A stretch of 64,000 nt of DNA, taken from assembly GCF_009914755.1 (NCBI RefSeq), contig NC_060925.1. The stretch is one strand, 5' to 3'. Every line of letters begins with the position of its first letter. Position 1 is the stretch's first letter. The position numbers were made by a program, and so were the translations under genes. The stretch comes from the human T2T-CHM13v2.0 reference genome, Homo sapiens. The notes below the pieces were generated by a model. It was not told where the DNA came from. It was given only the letters and a program-made list of their open reading frames with translations, and made no database searches. Positions 1-16,119 of the stretch are shown piece after piece.

Positions 1-59
1 CCAGCAAGACTTTATCAAGGCTTTGAATTATTGATTATTACTTATAGCTCTGATGGGGT

Positions 60-303
60 GATTTCCTTTTATTTGTTTTCACATTGGGTGTCCTTCATAA
101 GTGTCCCTGAGAGTGGGAGGCACCCAGATGCAGAGCTTCTTACCAGAGGAGCAGAGGAGAGAAGTCTAAGTCCAGGGAGGACAGGTCTGGACAGTCCATC
201 CTGACCCAGAGAAATAAATCTGTTATCTGTTAAGCCACGGAGCTTTTTGTTTTGCATTTTTGCTGCTGTTACTGTAGTAAAGCTTAGCCTAATCTGACTA
301 ACA
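60..303 (+). mobile_element. MaLR LTR fragment (MLT1-type 3' end)
   Basis: AATAAA followed by ...gttaagccac...gctgttactgtag...cctaatctgactaaca, typical of an MLT1 LTR 3' end; 5' boundary approximate. Confidence 0.6.
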
Positions 304-964
304 GGGACTCCGGAGGCCAGGTCCTTTCTGATGCCCCATCATGCCAAGCTTATAGGGTGTGAATGTGGCTGTGCTCCCTGCCCTGCCATTCAAACTCTAT
401 CTGTAAGGATGCTTACTCGATGCCTACTGCAATTCCTTCAGATACAGGGATTCTTCCACAATATCCAAACCAAATGGCGTTCTGGACTCTGCTTGCATAT
501 TCCTGGGATGAGAGTACATGCTGTCCTGAGGCAGTAAAAGTGCTCAGCACCCACCGTCCCCTTGGCATCATCCATGTAACTTCTACTGGTTTGGGCTCTG
601 TCCCATGGAGCCCCACAGAGTAATTTCTTTCTTTTTTTTTTTTGGTCCCATGACAGCCTTACAAGAATCTGGAAAAAAAAAAAAAAGAATCTGAAATTAG
701 ATATCCAAGGCCTCCTCTCTTCCAGGAAACATCATTTCAACTCTTCACAACACTAAATTTCAAGTCCCATCCCTAACTTGGTCTCTTCTTGTATTGGGAA
801 TCCAATATGTCTAGGAGCCTCTGGAAATACAATATCTAGAACTGGATTTAACACTCCAGGTATGGCCTGAGAGTGATAGAGCCTAACAGACCCATCACCT
901 TCTTCAGATTGGGCATTAGACCTTTAATGATGCAGCCTGACTGGGATGAATAGCTTTGTTCTAT

Positions 965-1682
<718 letters not shown>

Positions 1683-1769
1683 GGCCCAGCACACTCCTCA
1701 CTCACATTGGGAATTGATTCTATTTCATCATCTGTGTAGTGCCCCATGTTAAGCCCTGTCCCTCCCCAG

Positions 1770-2140
1770 CTAGACTTTGCTGTGATTCTTATTTATTGGC
1801 TTTGAGCTCCATAAAGTTAGTGACCATGTCTTACTCTTTGTATCTCTCCCAGGGCCTAGTCTGCTGCACAGAGGATGTTCACATTTGTAGAGGAAGGGAG
1901 TAAGAAAAGGAAATTCTGAGTCCATCAAGATAGAAGCAGAAAATATTCCCTAGGATATTTCTCTGGAATGAGGCAATATGGACTCAAATCTCTAGTTCCA
2001 TCACTGAACAGCTGCATGTCCCTTAGCCAGTTACTTATTCTCTCTGCGTTTCTGTCAAATAGTGGTAACAGTCCCAGTTTCTCAGAAGTTGAGGATGTAA
2101 TCATATATTTTATAAAGACTGGCTGGCACATTGTGTTGTA
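1770..2140 (+). mobile_element. L2 3' tail fragment followed by MIR
   Basis: tgagctccataaagttagtgaccatgtcttactctttgtatctctcccagggcctag (L2 tail); tcaaatctctagttccatcactgaacagctgcatgtcccttagccagttacttattctctctg (MIR core). Confidence 0.6.
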
Positions 2141-2754
2141 AAAAAATGTCAGATGTTGTCATCACCATCACCATCGTAGTTATCACTGTCATCATCAGCG
2201 GGAACAGGGGATATTGTTGCCCATTACATCTAGGAGGGAAGCAGAGAAGAGAGTCATCCAGGAAGGGTCTCAGCCCCAAGGCAGTCCCAGACGGAGGACT
2301 TGGCAGATGCAAGATCACGTAGATGCTCTCTGGCTCACGGTCAGATATCCTGGGCCCAGCCCTGCAGCACTGTCCTCCAGAGGATGCACACCTACCCAGG
2401 CCTCCTTACCCTTCCTCACTGGACTTTCTCTCAACACATGTGTTTGGCTTGAGATGCAGCTTGTCACATGTGTCTGGCTGATTCCACTAGGACAACTCTG
2501 CTTGCTTCTGGCAGAAACCTGGACAAGGCAATGGAATATATGGGAGTCATGTCTCTCTGCTAACAGGCATTCTGTGTGTAGAGGAGGGAGGATGGCCTCT
2601 TCGAGGTGGACTGCACACATGGGCAGATGTCATCTGAAGATTTTGAAAAATTTTTGTTTGTGTACCCTACACAGTCCACCACAGACACATGTCACTGTGC
2701 AAGTGCACACCATTTTGGATGCCCAATGTCATTGTGGAAGAGAGGGAGCCTACA

Positions 2755-3416
<662 letters not shown>

Positions 3417-3431
3417 CCTGCCCCCTTTTAA

Positions 3432-3977
<546 letters not shown>

Positions 3978-4205
3978 TAATAATTCCTGTTTCTGCAAGA
4001 AACGAATCTGGAGCCATGGTCCTGCAGAAACTTGATAATGTCTTTCTTGGGCGGTAGCTCACTGTGCAGCTGCTCCACGGCCCATGTCCACTGTGGAATG
4101 GCCGCTGCCATCTGCCCCCGCTGCCTCTTCCTGTCTTCTTTTTAATACACTGCCTACTCCCAAGACTTGTCCTCTGGCCCGATCTTCCACTGCCCTCCAC
4201 CTTGA

Positions 4206-4605
<400 letters not shown>

Positions 4606-4925
4606 TAATATTTTATAATCACCAGGCACTGTGGTATGTTCTGAGCCTTGGCTTTCTTCCCTGAAAATGGTACCTGTCTCTTGGGACTGTTGTGAGGACT
4701 GATTAATATCCACAGAATACTTAGCACACTGCCTGGCACAAAATTAGCATTGAGTGTTTGTTATTAATATAATAATGGCTGACATATATTGAGTACTGTG
4801 TTTGTCATATTCCATGGTGCTAGGTGCTTTATGCAGGATATCTAAATGCTCAAAACAATCCTTGCAGTAAGTGTTAGTACCCTCATTTTCAGTTGGGGAG
4901 ATTGAGGCTTAAGAGAAGTTAAGTA

Positions 4926-5152
<227 letters not shown>

Positions 5153-5328
5153 CTAGAGGCTGTGCTGTGGCTGCTCAGAACCAAGAACTAATAATAATTA
5201 ATAATCTAGAATAATCACTTCCATATATTGAGCAGTTATTATGTGTGAGGGCACAGCTCTTATCTATACCTGTATTTATATCTATGCCTCAATTTTTAAA
5301 ACTGTCCTCTCTGAGGCAGATTCTATAA

Positions 5329-5654
<326 letters not shown>

Positions 5655-6013
5655 AATTAGCTGAATTTTTTACACATGAGACTGAGAGTAAGAAGGATTA
5701 GGTAACTTATGCAAGACCTCAAGCTAGGGAAATGCAGTGTGGGGACGGGAACCCAGGCTGTTGACATGGATGTGACCACTGCAGTATATCACCTTCATAG
5801 CAGGGAAGATATATGTATTATATATCATTTGAATGTGGTGTAGAGCTTGGATTAAACCATTGTTTATGCAATACATACTGAAAACAAAAGGATTCACGAT
5901 GTTATAAGAGAAAGGGACACATAAAGATATACTAGGCAAAGGCTAACACTAAATAAATAGAGGTCAAAATTGGTGGCCTTCCAATGACTCCAGATGACAT
6001 GAGCAGGCCACAA

Positions 6014-6167
6014 CCAGTTTGATTCAGCTTGATCCCATCTTGGCCAGCCCCACACATTGTGAGCTGGCCCCAACAGGTCTGGTTTGATTGGTGCCAGCTT
6101 GAATCAGTTAGTTAGATCTAGTTGCAGCCAGTTGGGACCAGCCTGAACTGGATTGACCTAGTTTAAG
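6014..6167. repeat. Decayed ~10-bp tandem repeat (ccagtttgat-like)
   Basis: ccagtttgat tcagcttgat ... ctggtttgat ... ccagcttgaa ... ccagcctgaa ctggattgac ctagtttaag. Confidence 0.5.
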
Positions 6168-7504
6168 TCCTTTTGTGTCTTCAGGCTGACTTGCCTTTCA
6201 GTCTTAGAGTTTTGGGGCTCCCTGTGGAAACTCTTCTCTTGGAATCCTGGCTGGATGGCTTTGCTTCAGACACTAGCGAGGGGGAGAGTGTAAGTAAATT
6301 ATTAACCTGACAGGATCCAGCCCTTGGACCCTTGGGGGTGTAACAGCTGGAAGGCCCCATCCTGTGAACCCTGGCTTGGCTCACTCTGCAAAGTCCCTCC
6401 TACTCAAATTCCCCTCCAAAGGTCCCTGTGGAATCCCCTCGCTGCTTGCCTTCCCCGCACCCTGTCCAGCCCCAGAAGTAGATTTTTCCTTCATTTTCTT
6501 TTTGAAGGTGCAAACATAGGGGGTCCATGTGAGCAGACCTAGAGCTATCCCTGAGCAGTGTGGCTTGTCTGGGATGTTAGGGCTGATGTGTGGGTGGTGC
6601 CCCCTGTGTTGGGTGATGGTTGGTGTTGCTCACTTCATTTCTAGACCCCGACAAAGATGTGACTTGTACTGCTACACTGACAATGTAACGAAGCATTGAT
6701 GTGCATGGAGACTGGGAGAGGAAGGTGGGCAGAAAGGGCAGGTGCTGGCTAATGGGATGCCACATCACATTATCATTGTGCAGGAACCATGCCCCCTGCA
6801 GAGGATAACAAGGGCTGGAGGTAATGAGTACCAAACAGGCCTGAGGAACGCCCCCCGCCCTGCTGTGCAGGCTGGACTCCTACCCTGGGGCTTGCTGCTC
6901 CATTCCCAGCTGGACTGGGTTGCAGGGAGCGGTGGGACTGATCAGACTCAGGAAGCGTTAGAAATCCAGCACCAGCTGTCTCCTGGAGGCTGAAAATCCC
7001 CTGGGACTGGCCACCTCCTCCTTTCTCATTCGTGCCATGCCTAAGGTTATGCGGATGTTGGTTAGAGGCCTGGGGATGGCCACCCAATTGGAAGAAACCT
7101 GTCTAATGCACTTACCCACGGCCACAGGGAGATCAGTAGCTGGCCAGCCCATGCTCCTTTGAAATGCCTGTGGATATGTGCTGCATAGACAGAGGGTAGT
7201 GCAGAGAGAGAGGCTCCTTTCTAGTGTGGGGTACAGCCCCCCCCACCCCCCCACTGTGGAAGGCAGACTGCTCCAGAGGACACCTGGTGGGGGCCAGGCC
7301 TAGTTCTCTCCCTTCCAGTTCTGGAGCAGAATGCCTGCCCCCTCTACCTGCCGTGAAGCAGGCCATGCCAGGGCTCCTGGCACTTCAGAGGATGCTTCCT
7401 ATCCCTTCTGTGGGTCTCAGCTCTCCAGGTCCTGTGGAGGGACTGGGGCCACAAGAGAGTTGGCGATGGGCCTATGTGTGTTAATTAACCTGGGGTAGTC
7501 TTTG

Positions 7505-8125
7505 TGGACTGTGCCCTGAGGTCAAGGATGGACTCTTCCCCAGGGACTGACTGCCTTGGGGACCAACTGAGCCCAGAAACAACTGTGCCCAGGGACTGAC
7601 TGCTGACTGTGCCCTGTGCCCTGGGGGACCAATGATGCCCAGGAATCAGCTACATCCAGTCACTAACTGTGTCCATGGAATGACTATGCCCAGGAACAAC
7701 TGTTCTCAGAGACCCTTTGAGGGCTCACTGTGTCTGGGGCTCATCTGCACCTAGGACTGACTTTGCCCACTGTCACTATACCTGAGAGCCAACTGGACCC
7801 AGACTCTACCTGTGCCCAAGGATAGATTATGCCCAGAGAGTATCTGTGACCAGGGACCATAGAGAGTGTCTATGTGCCCAGAGACAGACTGTACACAGGA
7901 CTGACTTTGCTTAAACACTGTTTCTAGGGACCAACTGTGTCCTGGTACTAGCATTTTCCAACAATCAACTATGTTCAAGGACAGCTGTACCTGGCAAACA
8001 GCTGAGCCCAGGCACTGGCCCTGCCGAGGGCTGGCCTAGGCCCAAGGATAGATTCTATCCAGGGACCTGAGGCCTGCTGTGCCCAGGGACCAGCTGTGTC
8101 AGGAAACAAGCTGTGCCCAGGGACT
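7505..8125. repeat. Degenerate minisatellite, ~17-18 bp unit (actgtgcccagggacca-like)
   Basis: Many variants: aactgtgcccagggactg, actatgcccaggaacaa, cctgtgcccaaggatag, ctgtgcccagggaccag, gctgtgcccagggactc. Confidence 0.75.
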
Positions 8126-8354
8126 CTGGATAGGGGGAAGCTGGGGACAGAGACTCTCCCATGTGGGCATAGACTTGTGTGCCTGGCATACAGGCTGCCC
8201 AGCTGCATGCCACATGCCTGGTGTGAGTGCCTCTGGCAGCAGCTCTTATTCTGGGACAGTGGGAGGAGGGCCCCTTGCCCTTTGTGGAGGTACTCTCAGG
8301 CTCCTTTCCCATTTTGGCACCTAGTGAATAGGGAAGGAGAAAGAGCACACAGAG

Positions 8355-8689
<335 letters not shown>

Positions 8690-9659
8690 TCATGTGTCAG
8701 CACATGCCTGGTCCTTTCTTCCCCATATGTCATTTTGTCCCCAGGACTACCCCATGAGGCAGCAGTTATCATCTTCATTTACAGATGGAAAAACTGAGGT
8801 TCACAAAGATGAAAGTTCTTTCCTGGTCTTTCTGACTCCAAAGCTCTTACCTGTAGTGAGGTCTGCCTATTTCCACACTGCACGTGGGTCTCCCTGAGTG
8901 GAGGGAGAGGCAGGGGCCTCCCAGCATCTTACAGAAGAGGAAGCTGAGGAAGGACCAGATCCCAGGCATCTGGTCTGCAACTGGCACACTAAACCTGTTC
9001 ATGCCAGTGGCCCTGACTTCTCAGGAGAAGGGCACTTGGCTGGCCTGGTAGGAAGGGCTTCCTGGAGGCTGCATTCCTGGTTGCTGTCTTGGAGGCAGGA
9101 AGGCCAGGGTGTGGAGGCCGTCTGTCCCATCACAAGCCCCCTTTCATGATGCTCAACAAGGCTCCTTCAGAGGCCGGACTCGGCTGTGCAAACACGCACA
9201 TCTGGGCTGCTGGCTGGGGCGGGGTGGCGGAACTCCCCCACAGCTGGCCAGCTGCTCCTGACCTTCTGGACAAAGGGAGCTTTGGCCCTGTGGGGGTTCC
9301 CGGGAACTTGGAGCTCTGGAGGGTATAGCCTCTACCCAGCCCTCCACGGGGGGCAGTCCTCTCTGGCTGCCGCCTGTCATTTTCATCATAACTGGAACTC
9401 TGCCTCTGACAGCATTTCCTGCTGAGGGCATGCCCTTTCCCTCCCTCGAGGGCCTGCACCCAGCCAGAACTGAGGAAAATAGAACAAAGGCTGCAGGCAG
9501 AAAGAAACTCAAGCGGCAGGCAAAGAAGCATCTAAGCAGCCATCCCAGTCTAATCCCCATCCTCTTGGAGCTTTTAATTTCGTGGAGGAGAAAGACACAA
9601 GCCAGATAATCGCGCACGCACACACACACACACAACTGTAAATAACAACAGACTATGTA

Positions 9660-10161
<502 letters not shown>

Positions 10162-11164
10162 ACGGAAACATGCATTCTTAATGATGCACATTTGCAAACC
10201 ACCGTGAGGTCCATCTCAGGAGGAGCTTGGATGGGGAGTGGGGAAGCCACTGGGGAGGGCAATGGGATTCAAGCTTCGAGAAGATCACTCTGGCTGCTGG
10301 GTGGAGGGCAGATGGGGGTCCAGACTGCAGGCTGTCAAAAGAGACCTGGTGAGAGATGACAGCGATGCGGCCTGGATTAGGGCAGGGGCAGTGGGCACCA
10401 GGAGAAGAGGGCAAGTTTGGGAGAGACGTAGGGCCTAGAATGGTGGCACCTGGTAGGTGAGTGGGTGTGGGAGGGTGCCTTAAGGTGGGGTTGAGGACTC
10501 TACCCTGTGTTTGGGAAGTGAGCCAACCAGCTGTGTCTCAGGTGCTCTCTCCACCTGCCCGGCAAGCCCACCTCGACTCTCCTGCTTCCTGGGGGAAGAG
10601 GTGGCCTGGGAGGCATGTGGGAGCCTTTCCATGACTGCTGAGCCCTAGCTTCCTGGAGCATCCCTCAGGGTTCGGGGAGAGTAGGTCACTGGTAAGTGGA
10701 GGAAGCCCCGAACCTGGCCTCAGACACAGATTTAAATCCTGACTCCTCTGATGAGCTGTGAGACGTTAGGGGAGTCACATATATCTCTGGACCTTAATTT
10801 CTTACGAAATTTGGGAAATGATGCCTGCCTCACTGGGCCTGCATACGACAATTAATATGGAAGTGGACTATGAAGGTGAGGGTGGAGGAGCTGTTTTGTT
10901 GTTGCTGTTCAATTGTATCATTTGAGGCTTCTTTCCACGTGGCAGGAGAGGTGGGCTGGTGGGAGGCTCGGGAGGCCTGGACGCCAGCCTCTAAGAGGTC
11001 ACGGGATGGTGGACATGATCCCATGATGGGCCTCAGTCTCCGGATCTGGGATGTGAGCCCCCGATGGGAGGCAGAACAGCCAGGGTGGTCCTGCCAGGCA
11101 GGTGGAGAGAGTGCTGCTGCAAGAGTTAGGCGCTGAGACAGAGCTGGCCAGAAACAGCATCCCT

Positions 11165-11780
11165 CGTTCATTCCAAGTTCATTCACTCCTTTAACAGACA
11201 TGCCACTGAACACCTGCACAGTGTCAGGCCCCATCCTAGGGGCTGCGATATGATGAGGAAACAAGGTCATTCAGGTTCTGGCTTTCTAAAGCTCATCGTA
11301 CAGTGGGGGCAACAGATAGTAAAAAAATCAACAAGGAGGGTTGAAACAGCAAAATGTTCTATGAAGACAAAAAAACCAAAACCCAAACCCTGGTGATGTA
11401 AAAGAGGGTGAGGGGGAGAAGGGCTCCTTCAGATAGGGCGGTCAGGGGCAGTCAGGGGAGGTCTCCCGAGGTGGTGACAGGTGAGCTGAGGCTAGGCTGA
11501 TGAGAAGTTTAGGGGAAGAGCGGGCAAGCTCAGGTGACTAGTGAGGAAGGAGGAGTGTGACAGGAGAGGCATGGAGAGATGGGAGAGAAGCCAGGTCAGG
11601 TGAGGCAGGAGAGAACGCGGTCATGCCAGGCTTTGCAGGCCCTTCTAAGGAGTGTGAACTTTGTTCTGAGAGCAATAGGAAGCCTTTGAAAGGTTTGAAG
11701 CAGGGCGTGACATAGTCTGATCCACTGTCTGGATGACTCCAGCTGCTGTGCAGCGAATGGATTGAATGGTGGGAGGGACT
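11165..11780 (-). mobile_element. L2 (LINE2) 3' region
   Basis: cattcattc-type start and ...ggagtgtgaactttgttctgagagcaataggaagcctttgaaaggtttgaagcagggcgtgacatagtctga, characteristic of antisense L2. Confidence 0.75.
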
Positions 11781-12089
11781 GTGATGCTTAGCGACCTCTG
11801 GCTGTGACGCCTGCCCCAGCCCTGCTGTGAGGATGCTCCACTCTGTCTGCTTAGGACTTACTTGCCTTCCACACTCTCCCCAGCCCTCTTCTGGGCCAGC
11901 AGCTCCAGGCTGTGCCAGAGTTCCCAGAAAGCACCAAGAATCTTGAGGCAGAGGACTGACTGGCTGGCCTGGGGAAGGCTTGGCAACCCAAGTGCAGGTA
12001 CAGTGGGCATGGGTGTGGCTGCCCTGCCTGCCTCCACCCTCCATGCAGGACAGGTACCCCACGCCCACCCCCACCCCTCATGGGGCTTT

Positions 12090-12240
12090 TGAATTAAAAA
12101 GTCTTAACTTTTTCTTTTAAATGGCAGCTCTGTGTACTGTACATGGTAATTAATACATTAGCATTTATGCAAAATACCATCACAGCCGGGCTGGTATGTC
12201 AGCTGCCTTCCTGAGCTGCAAAAATGTGAGCGCCCCGAGG
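12090..12240. promoter_or_regulatory. Candidate enhancer block with POU/homeodomain motifs
   Basis: Repeat-free AT-rich island: taattaat 12147-12154, attagcat (ATGCTAAT on -) 12157-12164, ttatgcaaaa 12165-12174. Confidence 0.45.
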
Positions 12241-12428
12241 TACCTCAGACAGGCCCCCGCCCCTAGCAGACAGCTCTGTTTGACCTGCATCATTCACTAA
12301 CCTGTCTCGGGGAGCCTGTCTACATGCACACATCTGTGTATGTTGGCCAATGTAAATGCTGCTTCTTGTGAGTGTCTGTGGTATGCATATGTGTCCTTGT
12401 GTGTGGATGCACACGTGCTGCTTGTGTC

Positions 12429-12527
12429 TCTACAAGCAGATACAAGGATGCCCTTGTACACAACACACGTGCTGCTTGTATAGACATGAGTGTTGTCTAC
12501 GAGGGCATCCTTGTGTCTGTGTGTGTG
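12429..12527 (+). ncRNA. MIR3659: pre-miRNA hsa-mir-3659 (mature 3p at 12487-12507)
   Basis: tgagtgttgtctacgagggca matches the miR-3659 mature sequence as I recall it; 12437-12466 pairs with 12490-12519 (27 Watson-Crick, 2 G:U, 1 mismatch). Confidence 0.9.
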
Positions 12528-12608
12528 CCTGTGTTGGTCTGGGCATGAGTGCATATGAGTCTATGGTTTTATATGTGTACATCTCAGAATGTGTGTGTAT
12601 GTACATTT

Positions 12609-12830
12609 TGTTTTTTTTTCTTCCAGGTTGAAGCGATTCTCTTGCCTCAGTCTCCCCAGTAGCTGGGATTACAAGCACCTGCCAACACGCCTGGCTAATT
12701 TTTTAATTTTTAGTAGAGATGGGGTTTCACCATGTTGGCCAGTCTGGTCTCGAACTCCTGACCTCAAATGATCCGCCCACCTTGGCCTCCCAAATTGTTG
12801 GGATTACAGGCGTGAGTCACTGTACCTGGC
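12609..12830 (-). mobile_element. Alu lacking the distal right arm but keeping tail and TSD
   Basis: Poly(T) joined directly to ccaggttgaagcgattct; TSD tgtgtatgtacattt at 12594-12608 and 12831-12845. Confidence 0.9.
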
Positions 12831-13179
12831 TGTGTATGTACATTTCTGTGTGCCTGTTGTGCTTGTCTGCCGGTCTATGTATTTGTGACTGGGTGTGTCT
12901 GTGTGTTTCTGTGCATCCATGTGGGCTGTGCATGCATGTGCATATGTGCATGGATATGGATGTTCATGTTCATATGTGTATATCAGTGGCTGCCCACGCT
13001 TGAATGCCTCTGTGTGGGTCACTAGGTATGTCTGTGGGATCTGCTATTTGTGTCTGTGCATCTGTGTGTCAGTATGACTATGTGTGTGTCTCTGTATGTG
13101 CATTCCTATGCATGTCTCAATTTGTGTGTGTGTGTGCGCATGTGCGTGTGAAATGCTTGCTAGACTGACTGTGAAATGA

Positions 13180-14960
13180 AGTTGCAGCACAGTGGAAAGA
13201 ACAACTCACTGGAGACAGTGACATGCGTATTCTCTGGACCCTGGGCACCCTGCCGCTGATGGGCTCACAGGGCAGTGGGAGAGATGAGCCCTTCAGTGGG
13301 CAGTGAGGACCCGGGTTACTGGTTGATGGCAGAGGCCAGCGCAGGGTGCTCCTCGGAAGCTCAGTTGGCCCTGAGTAGGAGTAGGGGTGAGGTGGGGTTG
13401 GGGAGAGTTTCTGAGGCGGCGGCTGTTGAGTGGGATCCTGGAGGGTGACTAGGAGTTAGCCAGATGAGAAGTAGAGTCTGAGGAGCACGGATGTGGCACT
13501 GTGACAGCACCTGGCCTGTTCAGAGAGGCTGGAGACCAGGAAGGAGCTCATTGTCAGGAGTCGGGGTAGCTGGACTAGACCACCCAGGGCGCATATCCTG
13601 AGGGAAGCGGGACTCACTGGAGGCCTTCAAGAAGGACAGGGTCATGGTCAGGGTAGAAATATCACTCTGCTTTCACAGTGAGGAAGGACTCAGAGGGATA
13701 TGCCAGGAGACAGAGATTGGAGCCACGGCAGCAGGGGGAAAGGAAAGGGGATGGAATCAGAGGGTATTCCCGAGGTAAAACGATTAGTATCCAGAGATTG
13801 ATTAGACAACAAAGTGAGGGGAGGGAGAGGGAGGAGCAGGAGTTGGGGGACATCCAGTTTGTGGCTGCAGAGATTGGATGGTTGATGAGGATGTTCACGG
13901 AGACAGTGAACACAGAAGGGTGAAGGGAAGAGTTTTCTTTGGAGGGAAGGTGATGAGTTTTAGACATCTTGAGTTTCAGATACCTATGAAATGTAATTTG
14001 TTCATTCATTCTTCATTCACTCATACATATACCATGTATCAGGCATTTGAGAAACCAAGATGAACGAGACAGAGAGACAGTGGAGTTTAGAAAGAATTAC
14101 AAAGGCTCCGGAAGCTGGGACCACTGTAGGAGAAGGGAGAGAGGAGAGACCTGTCATGCAGAGGCCTGTGGGTGGGGTAAATAGGTTAACCTTTTAGGGA
14201 AGACAGTGGGAAGGCATGGAAGGATTGTGCAAGTGTGGGGGCTGCCATGTCAGGTGTGTACTTTAGAAAACCTTTCCTCTTCTTGCACATGTCCATTGTC
14301 AAGGGGTCCCTGGTTTTCTAATCTGTAAAATGGAGCTGATGATCTGGGCCGTTGCCACACAGTTGCACAATTGTGAAGTAGATTAATGCTGGGTCCTGGT
14401 AATGTGTCCCTGCCCTCAAGGAGCTTACTGTCCAGTGTAGAAGCAAGCACAGAAACAGACACTACAATGTGGTAGATGCTGTGATGTGGCCAGCACATAG
14501 TAGGTGCTCAATAAATATTTGTTAAATAAATGATTGATTGAATGGATAACAGCACAAGGATCCGTAGGAGCTGAAGGAGGTTTCTCACTCACCAGGAGGT
14601 AGAGGGGTTAAAAAAGACTTCCTTGGTGAGGTGCTGCACAAGCTGGGTCCTAAAGAATGATTAGGAATTAGCCAGGGGAAGAGGGGAGGGAGCAGCACAA
14701 AGGCTGGAGGTGGAGGAGGTGCGACAGGACATCATTTAGTGTGGCTGGAGCAGAAGCTGCACAGTGAGGAGAGGAGGGGTGCAGTGGGATATGACAGAGG
14801 CCATATCACAAAAGATCCTGAGTGCCAGGCCAAGGAGCTTAAGTCCTCCACTCCCCCAATAAAGAACGTGGAGCCACTGAAGGCTTTTAAGCAGAGGAGT
14901 GGCTGATTAGTTTTGTGTTTTCTAGAAAGCACTCTGGCCTCTTGGCAGGGAGGTTGGTGA
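13180..14960 (-). mobile_element. Cluster of fragmented L2 and MIR elements
   Basis: L2 motifs (gatgagttttagacatcttgagtttcaga; ggagccactgaaggcttttaagcagaggagtg); a sense L2 tail cagcacatagtaggtgctcaataaatatttgtt near 14490-14540; MIR near 14300-14400. Confidence 0.6.
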
Positions 14961-15041
14961 TGGAGTCTTTTGTGGCTTAGTTGGGGTAATGATCGTGCTG
15001 CTGTACGTCTTGGATTTATCTTAAGGGATAGGGCACCAAAC

Positions 15042-15378
<337 letters not shown>

Positions 15379-16119
15379 TAAAACATAGATTGAAGCATCT
15401 ACAGACCAGGCAGTGGGAACCCTGGCTTCTACACTTTACCCTGCTGTTCTCTGGCTCTGTGACCTTGGATTGGTCACTTAGCTTCTTAGGGCTTTAGATG
15501 GTTCTTGGGTAAGGAGACACAGTTAGAAAAGGGAAGGACATTGGGAAGGGCTTTGCGTGGCTTCCTGGGATATAGGGTCCCCTCAGGGCACAGGAGGCAC
15601 ACTGGGATAGGGGGCAGCTGCCTTCCTTCTTCCTTCTCCTTGACAGGAAGAGGAGGAGAAGAGTGAGGACAAGGATGAGCTCATGTATTTTCATGCTGTG
15701 GCCTCGACACCCAGCCCCTTAGTCCCAGCTCACAGAGGCTGGGAGGCTGCTCTGGAGTGGGCTGACCCCTCCCGCAAGCAGGCACTCTGCTATTGTTCAA
15801 AATGGAATTGGTCCCAGGAAGCTTGGAGCTTGTGAAAGCCGCTATGAATTTTGCAAAACAGCTCTGAGGCGGTAAAGCATGTCAGGAAAATCAAATGCGG
15901 AAATCCCTATTTAGAAACCCCACTCTGGACAGGCATGGTGCGCCGGGAGGAAGGACTGGGTAGGGGAGGGGTATGGCCTAGATGCCCCTCCCCTGTAGCC
16001 TGGGAGGGTGCCCAGCACAGCTAGGAGGGGAGACCCCTTGGCCCCACCTTCTTTCCAACTTACCTGGTTTCCCAGATTTGAGGCCCTCACAAAGCACCCC
16101 CAACCTTTTCCAATGCACC

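Larger units (their letters stand above)
12320..13150. repeat. TG-rich low-complexity tract hosting MIR3659 and an Alu
   Basis: Degenerate tgtg/tgca/tatg repeats. Confidence 0.8.

Noticed and set aside
7505-8125. Repeat-spacer-like pattern considered as a CRISPR array
   Set aside because: Eukaryotic DNA, degenerate abutting units, no unique spacers or cas genes
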